From: Paraspadella gotoi
Taxonomy: Eukaryota; Animalia; Chaetognatha
Length of the DNA stretch: 64,000 bases
Reading direction: 5' to 3'
Assembly (NCBI GenBank): GCA_051294375.1
Contig: CM119267.1
Span: 5,260,578-5,324,577, forward strand
The position numbers were made by a program, and so were the translations under genes. Each line of letters starts with the position of its first letter. Position 1 is the first letter of the stretch. Under the pieces are notes generated by a model that saw only the letters and a program-made list of their open reading frames with translations, had not been told where the DNA came from and ran no database searches. Positions 56,666 through 64,000 of the stretch are shown here, piece by piece.

Positions 56666-58311
56666 TTTTTATCAAGCCATGACCGGCGAAGCCGGTTCAG
56701 GCTTGATATTGATTCGGGTGAGCTTCTTTGTGACGTAGTCGTCGTCGTCGTCGTCGTCGTCGGCGTCGTCGTCGTCGTCGTCGTCGGCCGTCACGCTGTT
56801 TTTAATAAAAACTACTACGCTTTTATAGGTTTGGCTGTAAACTTACCGTTTTTTTTAAAATAAAAATTATTAGAATTATGATAAAGTTTACAAAAGTGTG
56901 CATTCATAGTAAGTTAAAAATTTAGATATGGCTTTCTCATCTTGAAATAGCTTTGATTTTTTCTTATTACATTTGGATTTAAGTATTTTTTGTTGGAATT
57001 TCCACTTCATTATGATTTACTGCAATATGCAAATGAGATTATAGTACTTCATTATCATAGTATATAGAAATGCTTTAATCTAATTTACATATTGCAGTAT
57101 ATAATATTGAAGATGAATTCAAAAAAAATTTTTAAATCTCTAATAAAAATGGAACTCAAAATAATTAGAATAATTAGAAGCTATATCTTAATTTTAATAC
57201 AAATAAAAATAAAATCTTTTACAAGCTGCGATTGGAAAAAATTGGAAAAATTTCCAATTGTAAACCATTGTAACATTTTTTGCCTTTCTTTTATTTCTTT
57301 TATTTTTTTATTTCAGAAAAAACGAGTTCAGTTTCTGCACTGACTGTACAGCGGCCTTCAAGCAGCTGTCCAGCTTTGTCTCTCTTTCTCTCTCTTTCTC
57401 TTTCTGTCTCTTTTCTCTTTACGATCTCTTGCATGATCGTTCTTTTTTTGAAAAATTATGATTATGTTTTTTTTCTAAAAACTTTTATTCGGGGCTTTTT
57501 TTTCAATACAAAATCCCAAATTTACATCCAAGATTTTCGTGGATACATTTTAAAAAAAAGTGAAGAATAACTTATATTGACATGCATTGTCACATGTAAA
57601 TCAGCTAATGTGACTTATTATATATGCAGCACTTTCGGCGAACAATATGCATTACATTTAAAAAAAATAAATTTGTATTATTATTATTATTGTAACTTTG
57701 AACCGTTTTTTTGTTATTCTGATAATTTATACTATTATTAAATTATAAATATTTTAGTGTATATATTTAATCATTTTTATCTTTTTTTTAAATAATAATT
57801 ATTTGAGTTGTGATAACTATTTATAAATTAATTAAATATGCAAATATAAAATTTGACTCGGTCTGGTTTCTTCCTAAAAAAAGAACAATCAAAAAATTTC
57901 ATTCAAGATTAAAATTTTTTAAAATGAGGGAAAAAAAAATATTGGGAGTCAAAAATATCATAGTCGTTAACTGAGTATTTTCAACTATATATTTTGTTAA
58001 TAGGGATTATAATTTTTGGATCATTATTATTGAAAAGAGTTTAGCTTTATCAAGTTTTTTTTCTTCTGAATAGGGGTAGCCCCTCTCAATGGGGTGAATC
58101 AAAAATTTAGTATGGGAACATGCCAAACGAAAATTTATGCATTTTTAAGTTTACTTTCAATGTACAAAAAATTTCTTATATGGCTCTATACCCAAATATT
58201 TATTTTGTAATATTTTTTTATAGAAAGGAAAAGAGTTCGTCCCTACTCATATTCGTCGGAAAATGAGTTCAGCTCTGCAGCGGCGGTCCAGCGGCGGTCC
58301 AGCGGCTGTCC

Positions 58312-58348
<37 letters not shown>

Positions 58349-58457
58349 ACTCATACACGCATTTGTTTGTTTTATTTACGATGAATGAATGACTATCATC
58401 GCATCAATGAATGACTATCATCATGGCTTGATCCTTATGCTTTTAAGATTTTTTTTT
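56666..58457 (+). mobile_element. Helentron-associated / DINE-1-like non-autonomous element (HINE)
   Basis: The 5' end has a T-run, then ATCAAGCCATGA, the hairpin CCGGC-GAA-GCCGG and the inverted copy GGCTTGAT, then a (GTC)n microsatellite at about 56738-56786. The 3' end has the inverted copy TCATGGCTTGAT (58421-58432), a short CTTA..TAAG hairpin and a T-run. This matches the known HINE layout. Confidence 0.7.
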
Positions 58458-59213
58458 AATATTTCGATCATTCTGTTTTTTTTATGTATTCATTGAATTT
58501 TTTTTTTTTTAAGTGTTTCCTTCTGGCACGGCTTTCTGTTTATTCCATTATCGTTTCCTCCCTTCCTACTTCCCTTTCCCTTCCCCCCCCCTTTCCCCTT
58601 CCTCCTTCCCCCTTTCCCCTCGTTTTCCTCACCTTCCCCAAGACCACCCCCTCCCTAATATTTACGCCTCCGTTTTACGCTCAACATTTGCTCTCCTCTC
58701 TCCCCTTTCTCTCTCTCTCTCGTTTGGCCTCCTGGTTTCTAATCCCCCTTTCTGTTTCTCCCTCTTTCTCTAATCCATCTTCTCTCTCCCATTCCTCTCC
58801 CCCCCCCGCCAACCCCCTCGCTTTCGGGATCTCGAATGTTCCATCCTTCCACCCGGATGAGTCCCCCAAGACCAATGCTGTATCCCTCTTGCATTGTTTT
58901 TCCCCCTCGATCTTCAATTTCAACCGACGTGCGACCAAAATATGTATATATCAAGTCGTCTTTACACTGAAAAATTGAAAACAATTATTCACGATTCAAT
59001 TTTGATATTAAGGTAATTTTTTTATTGCATCATCCACAAAGTTATGATATCAGTATTACCTAGTTGCGCTGTCGCTCTTCCTCTTACCAAAACAGCCGTG
59101 AAAAAAAAAGCCAACTAAAAAAAAAAAACTTTGGTAGAACATTTTAATCAAGTGAGACAACGCATCTCAAAAATCGAAATTTCCGTTTCTTGTTTCTTCC
59201 ATCCTGCTCAACG

Positions 59214-59430
59214 CTGATTGGTCGATTTCGATTCGGCTTCACCTCTTCCATAGGTTCTCGTCTGGTGGAAACCTTTAAGAACGACGTCCTATTGGCTGCC
59301 GCGTAAAGAGAGCGAAAAAGTCTGACTCTGATTGGTCCTCACTTCCCCAACCTTTTCTAAAAGTTTTTATTTTACGAAACTTTAGTTTAAAAAAAAAAAA
59401 GGTCCGATTTTCGGGGTGCGACGTCACACG
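59214..59430. promoter_or_regulatory. Promoter-like cluster: three CCAAT boxes plus a CRE-like site
   Basis: Same-orientation ATTGG at 59217, 59291 and 59331 (two in ctgATTGGtc context), and CGACGTCA at 59419. Confidence 0.5.
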
Positions 59431-60124
59431 AATGGAACCGAAAAGACGCGAAGTCTCGACGCGTGGTCACTCGTCAAAATCCTCGCTTCGAATTTTTAAC
59501 AGGTTTTTTTTTCTCCCGCCACAATGTTTTTATATTTGAGTTTTTTAGTTTTGATAAAAAAATTTAATATGTAATTATTGATTTTTTTTTTCGTCGAGCA
59601 GATCAGTAAAAACAATTTTATTTTGTTTCAGAAAATGTTGTTGAAAAAAAAATAAATTATAAAATTTAACATAAAAATTTTTGAAATAATCTCTAATAGT
59701 AAAAAAAAATAAAGGAGAAAAGAGAACGTGTAATTGTTTTCGGCTGCTTACTATTTTGTTATATGGTTTTTGTTTTTGTTTGTTTGTTTTTGTTCTTCGT
59801 ATCTTCTGTTACGTAATGACGGAGAAAGTTTGTTACTTTATTACTAAAACTAAAGTCTTCTAAATGTTCTACAAAAAGCAAATGTAGATCGATCTCGGTC
59901 CTTGGGTGTTTTTCCTCGTAACTTTAATCTACAAAATGCGTCATCGCAACCGAAAGTGATTCTCCGCGATTCGTCACCAGATGTCGCCTCCAAACCTCGT
60001 TTGCGTCTCTCTTGTCGGCCTCGTCTTTTTTGTCGTTTTTTTCCTTTTTCCTTTGTCTTTGATTCGGTCTTGTCTTTGTTTTATCTTTTTGTTCTTGTCT
60101 TGAACTTGTCTTTGTATTTTCTTT

Positions 60125-60280
60125 GCTTTTTCTTTGTCTTGTCTTGTTCTTGCCTTGGTCATTGTCTTTGTCTTGTCTTTGTCTTGTCTTTGTCTTGTCT
60201 TTGTCTTGTCTTTGTCTCGTCTTTGTCTTGTCTTTGTCTTGTCTTTGTCTTGGTCTTCTCTTTGTCTTTTCTTTGTCTTC
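60125..60280. repeat. (CTTGT/CTTTGT)n low-complexity repeat
   Basis: Directly visible. Confidence 0.9.
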
Positions 60281-60855
60281 TCTTTGTTTAGATAAAGATA
60301 AAGTAAAATTAAGTACTTTATATTTATTTTTGCTTTGTTGTCTTCATTTTTTGTCTCCGTCTCCATCAATGTTTCCTCCTTTTCGTCGTTGTCATCGTTT
60401 TCGCGGTTGTCATCTTCGTCGTCTCTGTCGTTGTCGTTGTCGTCGTCGCCGTCTCAAGGATCACAAACATCTTTCGCTGTTTGCTTTTAAGTTTCGCTCC
60501 AATGTTTTTCTCTCTCGACGGGAAACGGGAGGAGAAGAAATCTGTGCCGAACCGAACATGCAGCGCCGCGCCGTAAAAGGGTCGCAGACTTTGCAGAACT
60601 TACGGTGCCGTGTTGGACACTTTGCGACGCTTGCTAAATTTTTAACGAGTCGTGTTAGACATTTGTCCTGTACCGCTAAGAGGTTACGATGCCATGTAAG
60701 AGGCATTTCGACGACTCGAGAGGGTTACGGTGCCACAATCTGCCAAATTGTATCGTCATTGCGTAACGATTGGTGTCCCGCATCACCAACGCTTCTCGGA
60801 TTAGGGATTCCAAGTTTTTACATCAGATTTGAAATTTCCTCTTTCCCAGCCGGCA

Positions 60856-60887
<32 letters not shown>

Positions 60888-60969
60888 AACGACGATGATT
60901 TTGATGTGTCAACATTAACGCCACCCAGGGAGTCGACATTTCACGATTTGCGCGTCTCCCGTCCCCCTT

Positions 60970-61004
<35 letters not shown>

Positions 61005-61009
61005 CTTCT

Positions 61010-61057
<48 letters not shown>

Positions 61058-61509
61058 AACTTAAATATTATATTCTCTCTCTTTCTCGTCCTCAATCAAA
61101 TTAAAAAGATGCGAATAAAAATGTATTTTTCTTTCTCATTTCGCGAACTTCAAAAAAAAAAAGAAGAAAAATTGAAATCGCAAAACGGAAATCAAAATTT
61201 GAAACTTCAAACTTCTCAGGCGCCGCCTTACAAATATCCAAATTTTCTTCTTTTGCGCAAATCTATTTTTATCTTTTTGCCAAAAAAATATATTCGGCGA
61301 AAGAAGAATCGGGATAACGAGAATCAACATGGATGGGATTTTGTGGGGGGGGGGTTAGGTAGAGGGGGAGAGAGAGAAAGTGGGGGAAATAGGAAAGCAA
61401 GGAAAGAGAGAGAGGAAAAAAAGATACAAAGGAAAAAAAGAAAGAAAGAAAGGAAGAGAAAAAAAAGGAAAAAATAAAGAGAGTGTAAGAAAGCAAGATC
61501 ATGGACATC

Positions 61510-61606
<97 letters not shown>

Positions 61607-63265
61607 CAGACAAACAGAAAGACAGAAAAACAGAAAGAGAGAGATTAAAAAGAAGGGAGGTAGAATTCGCAAACAAGAAATTTTTCTTCTTGCGATGAGG
61701 CTGGGAATTTCGATGCGAGAAGAAAAAAAAAATTTTTCTTCAAACTTTTGCGTTTATCTTTGAGAGTTTTATGTGAAATTTCAGCCTCTTACTCTTCACC
61801 CTTTTTATTTCACCCTTTTCACTTCACCCCCACTTGGAGTTTCAAATTTGTCGGAAGGGTTTTTGAATCTATCTAAAGAGAGAGATGGTCCGGTTATGAC
61901 TCGAAGGACGAAGCTGGTGAGTCGAAGCGTCTATTGCAGTTATTTAGTTGTTGTCTTTTTCTCGGCTTTATCAACAACAACAACAATAATCTCAACAACA
62001 ACGAAAACAGCAACGACAGCCTCGCGTCGCTGGACGAGCCTTCTTATTTAATGACGCCTCACCTCGAACTTCATTTAGCTAATCTCATTGGCTCAGAATG
62101 GGAACGCACAATCCCAACTGCGCGTTCCATTCAGCCAGTCCCAATGACCTTGCTCTCCGTTTGAGATCGATCTAGGGTAACCGCTTCCCAAGACGCCAAG
62201 CTTTCGAAATCTGCCCATATTGATATAATTTGTTTGGGCCTTGACTATGCAGTTTTGAATAGAAGTGAAATATAAAGGAATCTTGATCGGAACTTCGATT
62301 CGAACGATGCGCGGCCCTAGATCGACATAGGGTAAGGCGCCGGTGAGGGTCGGCAGCTCTTAACGCCAACGGGTGAGTTACCAACTGGGCGTCACTGGCA
62401 ACCCATCTATTGATATCTATTGATATTGATATTGATATTGATATTGATATCCCATCTATTGATATCCCTCAGTTTTTTGTTCTGAATTCTTTTGACTTTA
62501 TTTCTCATAATTAATGAGATTATTGATTTTTACAAACTTTCCTTCTCGACTCTAATGAAGCCCTAAAGTCTAAAAGCCTTAACCTCCCCCCCTCTCTTTT
62601 CCAAAAAAAAAAAAACCCCGCGAGACAGAGCCGCGTTTTAATGGGAAAATCCAAAGTAAACTTTTTTCGATTCCAAATCTTTTTTTTTCTTTTCAAGATT
62701 AACTTCGTCGTTCATTGTTCGTCAAAATCTCTTGAATCCAAAGTTTCTCTCTCTCTTTTTTTTTTCCACGATTCTTTTCTTCTTCTCTTTTCCCCCCAAA
62801 GAAATTTTCTTTTTTGTTTTTCTTTTTTCTCTGATTAAAAAAAAAAATTCAAAGTGAGACAAACGATCGATTGTGAACATCCGCTCTGTGAGGAATCAGG
62901 GTGCGGAATCCGAGCAACTCAGATTTCATTCTTTCCCAATGAAAAATTTGTCCGAAGCGCAATTCAGTAAAAGCACGTGTCTAAACTATTTTAATAATAT
63001 TGTTAATATACTAATGTATTAATTGTAAATTTAAAGGTTGCTTGATATTTTATTTTCATCGTCATCTTTATATTTCTCTGTCGAGAAAAAAGGCGATGGC
63101 CAAATCTCAAACGAACCTCCAATGTTAAAAAATCCAAAACCGCGAAATTCGGATTTTTTTCAGTTCAACTCTTCAAATCTTTTCTCTCCATTGACGCACA
63201 AAATATAATGGAAGTGGGAGTGGAGAGGAATGAAAAAGTATAAAGGGGAAAATACTGAGAGAGAG

Positions 63266-63305
<40 letters not shown>

Positions 63306-63703
63306 AGAGAGAGAAGAGATAGAGAGAGAGAGAGACTTGAACAAACGAAAGAAGATTCTAGATTTATTGTCGCGCGTTCGAGATTCAAAAAGACTTAGGT
63401 TTAAATATATCTGTGGCGAACGATGAAACCGGGATCCAAATCTACATATCAACTTTAAGGAGATCGAAACTAAACCGTATCGAAAATGCCGCGAAGTAGA
63501 TCGATGCTGAAAAAAGTGCTACCCAGTACGACGCAGCACAACGTAGCACGACGCGCGTGGTGAGGCGGCGCATTTCTTAAGACCGATTCCATCTCGACCG
63601 AAACTTCATTTGCCCGAAAGTAAATCTGATGTATAAAGAGTATTATTTGCTTTTGAGCGTCTGGAAAAGACGCTCACATTCCTTCTTTCTTTTTCCGGGA
63701 GAA

Positions 63704-63754
<51 letters not shown>

Positions 63755-64000
63755 TACCTTAAACTTACCCGAAAAGGAATCCCGACCAAAAGGGTTCGTG
63801 CCTCGCCTTTTCCCTCTTGCGCCCTTCTTCCAAATCCGGATGGCAAAGATTCAAGAAAAATTAGGATTTTCTTGAGGTTAAAGAAATTAATTTTATTTAG
63901 CTTTAACTTTATTTACTCATCACTTTGCTTCGAAGTTTTTAAAAGTTTGGCACTATCATCGAAGAGACTGTTTAAATCGGAAAAAATTATACTAATGATA

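Noticed and set aside
63520-63845. Minus-strand exon-like pieces with GTAAGT donors near 63752-63768
   Set aside because: No recognisable protein and no phase-consistent chain within the window.

Overview
This is eukaryotic (bilaterian animal, probably protostome) genomic DNA from a gapped, error-prone assembly. It has AT-rich introns packed with (GA)n, (GAC)n, (GAT)n and (TTCG)n microsatellites, and CpG-rich exons. Most entries in the ORF track are microsatellite or gap artefacts. Manual splice assembly supports four multi-exon genes. (1) The 3' part of a Turtle/IGSF9-family Ig-FN3 receptor (+, 3466-25671). (2) An aldo-keto reductase homologue (+, 27473-31287) lacking the catalytic Tyr and His and most NADP 2'-phosphate contacts, with a predicted N-terminal MACCG and a polybasic C-terminus. 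(3) An HR96/DAF-12-type NR1J nuclear receptor (-, 31793-36752), tail-to-tail with the AKR. (4) A CNBD2-like cyclic-nucleotide-binding-domain gene (-, 42249 to about 54139) with a probable GC-AG intron. The window also holds a Tc1/mariner-type MITE, Helentron/DINE-like elements, SINE remnants and several duplications that look like assembly artefacts. The two most notable candidates are a frame-switching 8-nt microexon that would give the Turtle receptor two different PDZ-type C-termini, and the putative membrane-anchored AKR pseudoenzyme. All gene models are hand-built without RNA data or database searches.
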